Below, piece by piece: positions 19,568 through 29,406 of a stretch of 64,000 nucleotides of DNA. Made by a program: the position numbers and the translations under genes. The notes under the pieces are model-generated. The model made no database searches and was not told the origin of the DNA. It was given only the letters and a program-made list of their open reading frames with translations. The DNA is from an uncultured Chloroflexia bacterium. Lineage in GTDB: Bacteria; Chloroflexota; Limnocylindria; Limnocylindrales; CSP1-4. The stretch is from assembly GCA_963707215.1 (NCBI GenBank), contig CAVPPB010000003.1:992001-1056000 (forward strand). Reading direction: 5' to 3'. How positions within the stretch are numbered: position 1 is the first letter of the stretch; each line of letters opens with the position of its first letter.

Positions 19568-19635
19568 GGCTGGAATGGTAGCCGAGGCCGACCCTGCTCC
19601 GGTGGCCGCCGACCGGTCGACTACACTGCCGGGCC
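19568..19635. promoter_or_regulatory. Back-to-back promoters, probably leaderless, for hom (-) and trpS (+)
   Basis: TACCAT (minus, 19575-19580) 7 nt before the hom ATG; TACACT (19622-19627) 8 nt before the trpS ATG; no SD for either. Confidence 0.6.
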
Positions 19636-20657
19636 ATGACGACCAGCAGCGAGCCGGCGGCCGGCCGGCGGCGGGACTCTGCCGACACGGCCACGGATCT
19701 TCAGTGGCATCCAGCCCTCCGGCGTCGTCCACCTGGGCAACGACCTGGGGGCCATCCGCAACTACGTCCGCCTCCAGGACGAGTACGAGGCGATCTACTG
19801 CATCGTCGACTACCACGCCCTGACCAGCACCCACGACGCCGACGTGCTGCGGGCCCGTACCCGCGAGATGGCCGCCTCGCTGCTGGCCCTGGGCCTTGAC
19901 CCGGAACGCTGCTCGCTCTTCGTCCAGAGCCATCGACCCGAGGTCACCGAGCTCATGTGGCTGTTCGCCACGGTCACGCCGGTGAGCTGGCTCCAGCGGA
20001 CACCGACGTACAAGGAGAAGCGCGCGGCCCAGCCCGACGACGTCAACGACGGACTGCTGACCTACCCGGTCCTGCAGGCCGCCGACATCGTCATCTACAA
20101 GGCGTCGCTCGTGCCCGTGGGACGCGACCAGGCCGCTCACCTGGAGCTGTCGCGCGAGATCGTCCGGGCCTTCAACCACCGCTACGGCGACGACCTTCCC
20201 GGAGCCCCAGGCCGTCTACACCGAGGCGCCGGTCGTGCTCGGCACGGACGGCGTGCGCAAGATGAGCAAGTCGGTCGGCAACACGATCGAGATCCTGGCG
20301 GAGCCCGACGTCATCCGCCGCCAGGTCATGTCGATGGTCACCGACACCCAGCGGATCAAGCGGACCGACCCGGGTCGGCCGGAGGTCTGCAACGTCTGCC
20401 AGCTGCACCGATCCTTCGGGGACGACTACGAGGAGATCTGGGAGGGCGAGCGGACAGCCAGGACGGGCTGCGTGGAGACCAAGAAGCTGCTGGCCGAGCG
20501 GATCGTCGCCCGCTACGCGGAGGCCCGTCAGCGCTATGCCGAGTTGATGGCCGAGCCGGCCCGCATCGACGAGATCCTCGCGGCCGGCGCCGAGCGGGTC
20601 CGGCCGATCGCCGGGGCGACGATGGACGAGGTCCGCGAACGGATGGGGCTCCGCTAG
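19636..20657 (+). CDS. trpS: Tryptophanyl-tRNA synthetase (apparent frameshifts ~19670 and ~20190)
   Basis: IFSGIQPSG..HLGN, YPVLQAADI, VPVGRDQ, KMSKS. Confidence 0.93.
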
Positions 20658-20706
20658 GCTCCGGCGCTACCATGGCCTCGTCGGGAGCCGAGCCAGGGAG
20701 GACGGC

Positions 20707-22005
20707 GTGGAACGCGAGCAGCCGGTGACGGGTCTCGGGCTGACCGAGCGCCAGCGGGGCTGGCTCGACGTGCTGCTCATCCTGGCCACCATCATCGCCT
20801 TCTTCATCGCGACCGGCCTGGTGGCGAGCGCCCTCTACGCGTTCGGCGACGTCATCCTGATCTTCTTCCTGGCATGGCTCATCGCCTTCATGATCGCCCC
20901 GCTGGCCCGGGGACTGGGCCGCCTGCTGCCCTGGCTGGACCAGCGGGTCGCAGTGGTGCTCGTCTACATCGTCCTGCTGCTCTTCCTCATCGGTGCGGTC
21001 TTCTTCATCGCGGAGACCCTGGTGAACTCCATCAACGAGTTCATCGCGAGACTGCCGACCATCGAGCAGGATCTGGCTGCGCTCCTCCTGCCGATCCAGG
21101 AGTGGCTCGACCGACTCGGCCTCGGTGTCAACGTCCAGGTCCAGCTCGACGCCATCGTGGCGGCGATCCGATCGGGCGCGATCGACCTCCTCGGCCCGCT
21201 CCAGCAGCTGGCCGTCGCCGGGATCGGCGTCGTCGGGAACCTCCTCTTCGTCGTCATCCTCTCCGTCTACATCGCGGTGGACCGCGACCGGATCACCTCC
21301 TTCCTCCTGCGACTCGTCCCGCCCCGCTTCGGCGAGGAGGCCGACGTCGTCATCCGCAGCACGAACCGCTCGTTCGGCGGATTCATCCGGGGCCAGATCA
21401 TCCTGGGCCTCACCTACGGGTCGGTCGCCTTCCTTACCTCGGTCGTGCTTCGGCCTCGAGTTCGGCATCCTGACCGCACTGGCGGCCGGGGTCCTCATGG
21501 CCATCCCGTTCTTCGGGCCGTTCGTGGCCTGGGCGCCGCCGGTCCTGGTCGCCATCGCCCTCGACCAGGGCGACGATCATCCCGACCCTCGTCGTCATGG
21601 GTGCCGGCTGGTTCGTGGTCATGAACATCGTCCAGCCGCGGGTCATGGCCGGGACCATCGGCATCCACCCGATCGTGGTCCTCGCGTCGGTCATCATCGG
21701 AGCCAAGATCGCCGGCATCGCCGGGGCGATCTTCGGGATCCCGATCGCCGCCATCGCCTCCTCGCTCTTCCTCCACTTCTCTCGGCCGGAGCCGCGGCGG
21801 CACGGTCACCGAGCGCGCCGCTCGACGGGTCGAGGACCGGGAGGGTCGACCCGTCCGGGTGCCGCGCGAGCCGATGGCCGGCCTGGACCAGGACATCGCC
21901 GAGGCCGAGCGACCGGATCGGGCGGCGCCGGATGCCGATGACGCTGCATCCACCCCGACAGCCGCGCGACCCATCCCGACGACCGACGCGCCCAGCCCCC
22001 CGTGA
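20707..22005 (+). CDS. AI-2E family transporter (apparent frameshifts)
   Basis: Multi-TM protein; FIRGQ, IPFFGP, VQPRVMAGTIGIHP, GIAGAIFGIP motifs across frames. Confidence 0.85.
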
Positions 22006-22056
22006 GCGAGACGGGAGCGCGGAGCCGAGGCCGCAGGCGGCGACACCGCCCCGGAC

Positions 22057-23066
22057 ATGACCAGGGAGCGGGCCCGGTCCGAGCGGCGCGACCTCGACAA
22101 GGAGCGTGGCGAGCCGGTCGCCGGGGCCGCCGAGCGGACCTCGCGGGCCCGGCCACGGATCGCCCGGCCCCTGCCGGAGTGGCGGACCCGGCCGCGCATC
22201 CTGGTGACCAACGACGACGGCATCGAGTCCCGCGGCCTGCTCGCGCTCAAGCAGGCGCTCGAGCCGATCGGCGACGTCACCGTCGTCGCACCGGACACCA
22301 ACCAGAGCGCGGTCGGCCACCAGAAGACCCTGATGCGCCCGCTGCGGGTCCGCGAACGGACGCTCGCCGACGGCTCGGCGGGCTGGTCGGTGGACGGCTC
22401 GCCGACCGACGCCGTCAGCCTGGCCTTCCTGGGCTTCTTCGACGAAGGCTTGGGACCTGGTCGCCGCGGGCATCAACTACGGCGCCAACCTGGGTGACGA
22501 CATCACCTATTCCGGGACGGTGAGCGCGGCCATGGAGGCGGCCATCAACGGCTGCCCGTCGTTCGCGATCTCGCAGGAGTACTACGAGCATCCCGACTTC
22601 TCCCTCGCGGCTCGGGCCGCAGCGATCGTCGCGCCGCAACATCCTCGAGCACGGCCTGGGCGAGGGCGAGTTGCTCAACGTCAACGTGCCCGCCTGCACG
22701 GTGGCGCGAGCGTGCGAGGGCATCGAGGTCACCCGCCTCGGCAAGCGCGTCTACCAGGACGAGCTCGTCCAGCGGCTCGACCCTCGGGGGATCCCCTACT
22801 ACTGGATCGGTGGCCCACCGCCGTCGGGACTGGCGATCGAGGGCACCGACTTCCACGCCGTCGTCAACCGACGGATCGCCGTCACACCGATCCACCTCGA
22901 CCTGACCGGTGTGGAGCTGCTGCAGCGCCTGGGCGGATGGGATTGGTCACCCGCGGCGCAGACCCAGCCGAGCGCCCCGGCAGCCGAGCCCCCGGGTCCC
23001 GAGGCCCGAGCTGAGGCAGAGCATGACCGCGACCTCTCCGACGAGCTCCGCCGGGAGCGTCGCTAG
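22057..23066 (+). CDS. surE: 5'/3'-nucleotidase SurE (apparent frameshifts)
   Basis: [54 protein letters not shown]. Confidence 0.92.
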
Positions 23067-23071
23067 GCCGG

Positions 23072-23230
23072 TCGCCTGCCCTGGTCGGCAGCGGTTCCGG
23101 CACCGGGAGGTCTCACCCCCTGGTACCTCACTCCGGAGTCACGTCTGGGCATAGGCGCGTGGCCCGCGGGCCGCCGCCGCCCCACCAGCCGTTGATGCGG
23201 GTATGCCCAGAGTCGACCAGAGGCAGCGGC
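23072..23230. ncRNA. Candidate structured RNA or palindromic element (unassigned)
   Basis: Nested inverted repeats: ctgcc-ctggtcggc / gtcgaccag-a-ggcag, tctgggcata (23144-23153) / tatgcccaga (23202-23211), plus internal hairpins. Confidence 0.4.
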
Positions 23231-23239
23231 GCCAAGCCG

Positions 23240-23284
23240 GCCCGGCCCGAAGCCGCCCGGCCCGATGCCGCCCGGCCCGAAGCG
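23240..23284. repeat. 3 x 15-bp tandem repeat gcccggcccga(a/t)gc(c/g)
   Basis: Read directly from the sequence; abuts the oxidoreductase stop codon. Confidence 0.85.
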
Positions 23285-24906
23285 TCAGCGGCGCTTCCCC
23301 AGGTCCGCGATGATCTCGCGGGCTGCGTTGCGGCCGGGCCAACCGGTGACCCCACCGCCCGGATGAGCCCCGGAGCCCGCCAGGTAGAGGCCCGCGATGG
23401 GCATCCGGTATCGAGCGTGGCCGAGCAGCGGCCGCCAGGCGTAGAACAGGTCCAGCGACGGCTCGCCGTGGAGCGGATGCCCGCCGGTCAGGCCCCAAGT
23501 CGCGCTCCAGGTCGAGCGGGGTGATGCACCTGCCGCGCCGTGACCAGCCCGCCGATGCCGGGCGCCACCGACTCGAGCGTGCGAAGGGCGAGGTCGCCGA
23601 GCCCCTCGCGACGCCGTCCCAGTCGCCCTCCCGGAGCGCGAACGGGCGCGTACTGGAGGACGATGCTCATGACGTGGCGCCGGCGGCGGCGCCCGCGACG
23701 AGCGACGGATCGACGAGCGACGGGATGGTCGCCTCGACGACCGGCTCCTCCGAGATGCGCCCGTACTTGGAGGCGTCGAAGGCACGCTCCATCGCATCGA
23801 TCCCGGGGGCGACGACGATCCGGCCCCGGAGGAGCCGCTCGTCTCCCGGCGCCGCGGGGAAGCGTCGGCAGGCCGGCCAGGGCCAGGTTGACCTTGGCCA
23901 CGACACCGGGCATCCGGATGTTGCCGGCTCGCCAGCGGAGCGACGGGCCGAGGGCGACCGGGTCGACCAGGCCCGTCAGGAGGCGGCGCGGATCGAGACC
24001 CGGACACGACGGCGCGGGCGCCGATCTCCTCGCCCGGAGGCAGAGCGCGACGCCGGTGACTCGACCGTCGGTCGTGGTGATCGGCGACGACCTCCGCGCG
24101 CGGTCCGGATCTCGCCGCCCGCCGCGCGGACGGCCGCAGCCAGCGCCTCGCCAGCGCGCCCGGGCCGCCGCGCGCGATGACCGTCTCGCCGGCCGCGCCG
24201 CCATCGTTGCCGGCGGCCTGCATCAGCAGGTGAGCGGTCGAGCCGGCCGACCACGGCCCCATCGCGGCGTAGCGGACGCCGCGCCAGGCGATCGCGGCCC
24301 GGATCGCGTCGGTCTCGAACGCTTCGGCGACGAAGTCGGCGACGGCCATCGGCAGGACCCGCAGGATCGTCCGGGCGTCGTCCGGTCCCGAGGCCGCGGA
24401 ACCGGCGTCCGATCCGCAGGCCGGCCAGGGCGTCGCCCAGGCCGGGGCGCTTCACGTCGGGCGGCGTCGACCCCATGAGCTCGGCCATGAAGCCGCCGAG
24501 CGCCCGGACCCGCCGGTCGAACTCCGGCTAGGCGGCCGCGTCCCGCATCGAGCGGTCACGCAGGCCCTCGGCGGTGCGCGACCGCGTCGCCCCGGAGCAC
24601 GACCGCGCGTCCGTCGGACGGACGGCGCGAACACCGGCACGTCCGGCGCCACGAGCGACAGGCGCCGCTGGGCAGGCAGTCGAGGTCGCGTACGACCGCC
24701 GGCCGGATCGCGCCCGACGGTCTGGGCCAGCGTCGGCACCCGGAAGCCAGGCGCCAGCTCGCTCGTGCCGCCGCACCGCCGACGGCGGCCGCCGCTCGAG
24801 CACGAGCGTCCGCAGGCCCGCCTTGGCGAGGTAGGCCGCGGCGACGAGCCCGTTGTGGCCGCCGCCGACGACGATCGCGTCGTAGGTCGTGGTCGGCGGT
24901 CGTCAT
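23285..24906 (-). CDS. Phytoene-desaturase-like (PYROXD2-type) FAD oxidoreductase, second copy (many apparent frameshifts)
   Basis: [74 protein letters not shown]. Confidence 0.85.
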
Positions 24907-24907
24907 C

Positions 24908-26536
24908 TCAGGCCACCTTCCGTCCGCGGCTGCGAAGCACCTCGAGAGCCGCGAGCCGACCGTTCGCGCCCATGATGCCGCCGCCCGGGTGGGTCGAGCT
25001 GCCGCACAACCAGAGGTCGCGGATCGGTGTCCGGAAGCGCGCGTAGCCCGGCACCGGCCGGTTGAAGAAGAGCTGCTCGAGGCTCAGCTCGCCCGCGAAG
25101 ATGTTGCCCTCGGTCAGGCCCGTCGTCCGCTCGATGTCGAGCGGCGTCATGACCTGGCGGCCGACGATGATGTCGCGGATGACCAGGGGCGAATTCGGCG
25201 ATCCGGTCGACCACGGTGTCGCCGAACGCCTCGCGGTTGTCGTCCCAGCTGCCCAGCTCCGGCGCCAGGTGTACGGCGCGTACTGGACGAAGCAGCTGAT
25301 GACGTGCTTGCCCGGCGGTGCCATCGACGGGTCGACCAGGGTCGGGATGATCATGTCGACGTACGGCCGGCGGCTCCAGCGCCCGTACTTGGCGTCGTCG
25401 TAGGCCCGCTCCATGTCGTCGGTGCTGGGGCTGAAGCTGATCGCCCCGCGAAGGTGCTCGCCCTCGCCGGGCAGGCAGGTGAACTCGGGCAGGCGATCGA
25501 CGGCCAGGTTGACCTTGCCCGACGATGCCCCGGAACTTGAAGCGGCGGACCTCGTCCTCGAAGTCCGGGTCCAGCGGCCCCGGGCTCGAGCAGGTCCAGG
25601 AAGGTGCGCCGGATGTCGGTCGAGGCGAGCACGACCGAGGCCGGGATCTCCTCGCCCGACTCGAGGCCGACGCCGGTCGCCCGGCCGTCGCGCACGGTGA
25701 TCCGCTCGACCCGGGCGCCTCCGTGCGGATCTCGGCGCCCTGGGCGACGGCGGCGTCGCCGATCGCGTTCGCTGATCCCACCGGTGCCGCCCTTAGGGAT
25801 GCCCCAGGCGCGGAAGGCGCCGTCGATCTCGCCCATGTAGTGATGGAGCAGGACGTACGCCGTGCCCGGCGAGCGGATACCCAGGAAGGTGCCGATGATC
25901 CCGGACGCGGACATCGTGGCCTTGAGCGGGTCCGTCTCGAACCACTGGTCGAGGAAGTCGGCGGCGCTCATCGTCATCAGCTGCACGAAGACCGCCTGCT
26001 GGCGCTCGGGGAGGCGCTGGAAGTCGCGGAGCAGCGCGCCGAGCGGCCGGAAGCTCGCGCGGGTCGCGGCCGGCCGGATCGGTGGGACGATGCCCAGGAT
26101 CGGCTTGATGAAGCGAGCCATCTCGACCATGAGCTGGCCGTATTCCTCGTACGCCTCGGCATCGGAGAGCGACCAGCGGCGCAGCTCGCGGATCGTCCGG
26201 CCGTGGTCGTTGACGCGCCAGACGTAGTCGCCGCCGCCGCCCTCGGGGCCCTCGCCCGGGCGCAGCGGCGTCAGGGTCCCGTCGAGCGGGAGGATGTCGA
26301 GCCCGTGGCTTGCGGCAGCTCGAGCTCGCGGATGACTCCGGACGGAGCAGCGACACGACGTAGCTCATCTGGCAGAACCGGAAGCCCGGGACGACCTCGA
26401 CGGTGGATGCAGCCCCGCCGAGATAGGGGTTCTTCTCCAGGACGAGCGTCCGCAGCCCGGCCTGGGCCAGGTACGCGGCGCTGATGAGCCCGTTGTGGCC
26501 CCCGCCGATGATCACCGCGTCGTAGCGCTCGGGCAC
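24908..26536 (-). CDS. Phytoene-desaturase-like (PYROXD2-type) FAD oxidoreductase, first copy (many apparent frameshifts)
   Basis: YDAVIIGGGHNGL, SYVVSLLRP, TAYVLLHHYMGEIDG, MERAYDDAKYG, EGNIFAGEL, CGSSTHPGGGIMGANG; GGAGG before the GTG. Confidence 0.88.
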
Positions 26537-26597
26537 GCGATCCTCCCAGCTCGGTCCTTGGGTCCCGGCCCCGGGGCGCCCGGTCGGCACGGTCCGC

Positions 26598-26629
26598 TAT
26601 CCAGCGTGGATACGGTCTATGCAGTCTAG
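26598..26629 (-). promoter_or_regulatory. Palindromic operator-like site TATCCA-gcg-TGGATA plus an extra TATGCA half-site next to a -10 (TAGACT) of the oxidoreductase operon
   Basis: Perfect 6-3-6 inverted repeat at 26598-26612, AT-rich in a very GC-rich background. Confidence 0.55.
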
Positions 26630-26750
26630 TGGAGGCCGGCGGCCGTCGCGAGCCGGGCTCGCCCGACGGGTCGCGAGGGCCCGAGGCAGCGGACACGACG
26701 ACGCCGCCTCGCCGGCCGAAGCCAACGAGGCGGCGAGACGGGAACGGCGA

Positions 26751-27302
26751 TCAGCTGGCGACGGTCTCGAAGGAGGCGTCGACGGCATCGGCCGCGACCG
26801 GCCCATCGAAGTCCAGGACAAGGACACGGTCGAAGCCGATCGCGTCGGAGTCCGGGGGCGGCGCCGGCTGGACGAAGTCGAGTCGGTAGCCATCGCCCTC
26901 GACTGACACGGCGAGCTCGATGACGGTGTCGACCGGCAGGCCGACCCAGGTCACCCGGAGCGTGTCGGCATCGACATTGACGATCTCGACGTCGCCCCAG
27001 CGGACGGACATCCCATCACCAGCTCGACCTGACTCGGCACCGACCAGCGAGTCGGGCTCGTCGTCGATGACGACCGATACGTCGTGGCCGGTCGCGATGT
27101 CGAGGTCGACCCGGAAGTCGCCGTCCGGGGCCGGACTCGGCGCGACGCTCGGTAGCGGCGTGGCCGGGACCGAGGGTGTCGGTCCGCCGGGCACATCCGG
27201 CGACGGGGCACCGGCCACGGCCGAGCAGGCGGCGAGCACGGCGCCGAGCGCGAGGGCGGCCATGGACAGGCTGGCGGAACGGGAGATCGAACGACGGTCC
27301 AT
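26751..27302 (-). CDS. Hypothetical lipoprotein
   Basis: Signal peptide ending VLAAC, Pro/Ser linker, acidic beta-rich domain. Confidence 0.75.
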   Translation of the reverse strand: MDRRSISRSASLSMAALALGAVLAACSAVAGAPSPDVPGGPTPSVPATPLPSVAPSPAPDGDFRVDLDIATGHDVSVVIDDEPDSLVGAESGRAGDGMSVRWGDVEIVNVDADTLRVTWVGLPVDTVIELAVSVEGDGYRLDFVQPAPPPDSDAIGFDRVLVLDFDGPVAADAVDASFETVAS

Positions 27303-27464
27303 ACCGAGGTCCCCTTCGATGGGCGGCTTCAGCGCCGCTGCTGCGTGGCACGTCCGCGCCACTGCTGCCAAGACGTCGGAGAGAGCCACCGCGTTCGTGG
27401 ACGAATGACGACATCGGGGCGGGACATCCGCCCGGTGCCCGACCGTCCCGACGCCCGGGTCGGC

Positions 27465-27494
27465 CATCCAGCCTGCATAGGGCTCATGCATACT
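27465..27494 (+). promoter_or_regulatory. Second operator-like site CATCCA-gcc-TGCATA plus TGCATA overlapping a -10 (CATACT) upstream of the GcvT-like gene
   Basis: 12/15 identity to the 26598-26612 palindrome. Confidence 0.5.
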
Positions 27495-27538
27495 GGAGGT
27501 GCCGGCCGGCGCCGCCGGCGTCCGCACAGGAGGAGCCC

Positions 27539-28744
27539 GTGAGCGTCGGCACCCCGCTGCATCCCCGGACCTCGCCGCTCAACCGGAAGCTGCAGTGGCG
27601 CGAGTGGGCCGGCTACTACGCCTCGTCCGTCTACGCCGATGCCCATGACATCGAGTACAACGCGATCCGCGAGGCGGCCGCCCTCATCGACGTCAGCCCG
27701 CTCTACAAGTACCGGCTCTCCGGACCCGACGCGGAGCGGCTCGTCGACCGGGTCATCACCCGGGATACGACCCGGATGGCCGTGGGCCAGGTCTACTACA
27801 CGCCCTGGTGCGACGAGCACGGCAAGGTCATCGACGACGGGACCGTCCACCGCCTCTCCGAGACCGACTTCCGCTGGACGGCCGCGGACCCGCAGTACCG
27901 CTGGCTCAGCCAGAACGCAGCCGGGCTCGACGTCGAGATCGAGGACGAGACAGAGCGGACCGCGGGGATCGCCCTCCAGGGGCCACTCTCGAGGGCCGTG
28001 CTCGAGAGCGCGACGCGCGACGACTTCGGTGACCTGCGCTACTTCCGCCGCCGCGAGGCTCGGCTCCGGTTGGGTCGGAAGTCGATCGCCGTCGATGTCT
28101 CCCGGACCGGCTACACCGGCGACCTGGGCTACGAGCTCTGGGTCGCGGCCGACCGGGCGGTCGATGCTTGGGACGCCCTGATGGAGGCCGGACGGGCGTT
28201 CGGCGTGCGACCGGCCGGGATGCTGGCCCTCGACGTCACCCGGCTCGAGGCCGGGCTCATCCTCCTCGAGGTCGACTACACCTCGGCCCGCCACGCCATG
28301 AACCCCGAGCAGAACTACTCGCCCGCGGAGGTCGGCCTCGGCCGGCTCGTGAGCTTCGACAAGGGCGACTACGTGGGTCGCCGGGCGCTCGAGGCCGAGC
28401 AGGTCGCCGGCGGGCCGCCGCGGCGGCTCGTGGGGCTCGTCCTGGACTGGTACGGGATCGAGGGCCTCTTCTCGGCCCGGGGCCTGCCGCCCGGGATCTC
28501 GCCGGCCGTCGACCGCTCGCCGGTGCCCGTCTACGCCGAGGGGCGGGGCCAGGTCGGCAAGGTCACCAGCCACGGCTGGAGCCCGATCCTCAAGCAGATG
28601 CTGGCGCTCGCGTCCGTGCCACCGTCGTACAGCCGTCCTGGTTCGAGCCTCCAGGTCGAATGGACCGTCGAGGGTCGGCGGGGTCGGGTGAAGGCGACGG
28701 TCGTGGACCTGCCGTTCCTCGACCTCGAGCGCCGGCGCGCCTGA
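27539..28744 (+). CDS. Aminomethyltransferase family (GcvT-like) THF-binding protein
   Basis: EYNAIREAAALIDVSPLYK, GKVIDDGTV, ALQGP, SRTGYTGDLGYEL, RLEAG; AGGAGG before the GTG; no gcvP/gcvH nearby. Confidence 0.9.
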   Translation: MSVGTPLHPRTSPLNRKLQWREWAGYYASSVYADAHDIEYNAIREAAALIDVSPLYKYRLSGPDAERLVDRVITRDTTRMAVGQVYYTPWCDEHGKVIDDGTVHRLSETDFRWTAADPQYRWLSQNAAGLDVEIEDETERTAGIALQGPLSRAVLESATRDDFGDLRYFRRREARLRLGRKSIAVDVSRTGYTGDLGYELWVAADRAVDAWDALMEAGRAFGVRPAGMLALDVTRLEAGLILLEVDYTSARHAMNPEQNYSPAEVGLGRLVSFDKGDYVGRRALEAEQVAGGPPRRLVGLVLDWYGIEGLFSARGLPPGISPAVDRSPVPVYAEGRGQVGKVTSHGWSPILKQMLALASVPPSYSRPGSSLQVEWTVEGRRGRVKATVVDLPFLDLERRRA

Positions 28745-28760
28745 CCGCGCCCGATCCACG

Positions 28761-29390
28761 ATGGCCTCCGAGCTGGCCGACGCCGAGTACTGGCGGGCCT
28801 ACTACGAAGTCACCGTCGACCGGCCCGCGTGGCGGACCGTGGAGACGGCCATCGAGCGCTTCGCGGCCGAGGACGGTCCCGACGGGCCGACGTCCCCGCG
28901 CGACGCCGTCGACCTGGGCTCGGGAGCCGGCCGCGATGCGAGGCGGCTGCTGGCAGCCGGCTGGCGGGTCCTCGCGATCGACCGCGAGCCGGTCGCCATC
29001 GAGGTCCTGCGATCGGCGACCCCCGAGGCGGACCGACCGCGGCTGGAGACGGTCGTGGCCGACCTGGCGACCGTCGCGATCCCGGCCTGCGACCTCGTCA
29101 ACGCCAGCGTCAGCCTCCCGTTCCTCGACGAGGCCGCCTTCTGGGCGACCTGGGGCCGTGCCATGGCCGCCATCCGGCCGGGCGGTCGGCTGGCCGCGAT
29201 GATCTTCGGCGATCGCGACGAGTCGGCCGGCGACGGCTCGATGACCTGTCCGTCCCCGGATGCGATCCGTGCATCCCTGGACGGTTGGGGCATCGAGGAC
29301 TGGACCGAGCGCGAGGAGGACAGCGAGACCGCGCTCGGCGAACCCCACCACTTCCACATCATCGAGTTCGTGGCCAGGCGGCCGACCTGA
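28761..29390 (+). CDS. Class I SAM-dependent methyltransferase
   Basis: AVDLGSGAGRD, VLAID, CDLVNASVSLPF, RPGGRL. Confidence 0.85.
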   Translation: MASELADAEYWRAYYEVTVDRPAWRTVETAIERFAAEDGPDGPTSPRDAVDLGSGAGRDARRLLAAGWRVLAIDREPVAIEVLRSATPEADRPRLETVVADLATVAIPACDLVNASVSLPFLDEAAFWATWGRAMAAIRPGGRLAAMIFGDRDESAGDGSMTCPSPDAIRASLDGWGIEDWTEREEDSETALGEPHHFHIIEFVARRPT

Positions 29391-29406
29391 CGGCGGAGGA
29401 CGCGAC

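Noticed and set aside
19568-19635. T-box or attenuator before trpS/hom
   Set aside because: Only 68 bp, occupied by two divergent -10 boxes at leaderless spacing.
17790-26400. Programmed ribosomal frameshifting or RNA editing as the cause of the split genes
   Set aside because: Breaks are numerous, clustered by region rather than by gene function, and I saw no common slippery motif; sequencing error is more parsimonious.
23285-26536. Carotenoid biosynthesis (crtI) annotation
   Set aside because: No crtB/crtE/crtY context; motifs (GGGHNGL, SYVVSLL, AYDDAKYG) fit the PYROXD2-like subgroup.
27539-28744. Canonical glycine cleavage T protein (gcvT)
   Set aside because: No gcvH/gcvP adjacent and the N-terminus is divergent; treated as a GcvT-like paralog.
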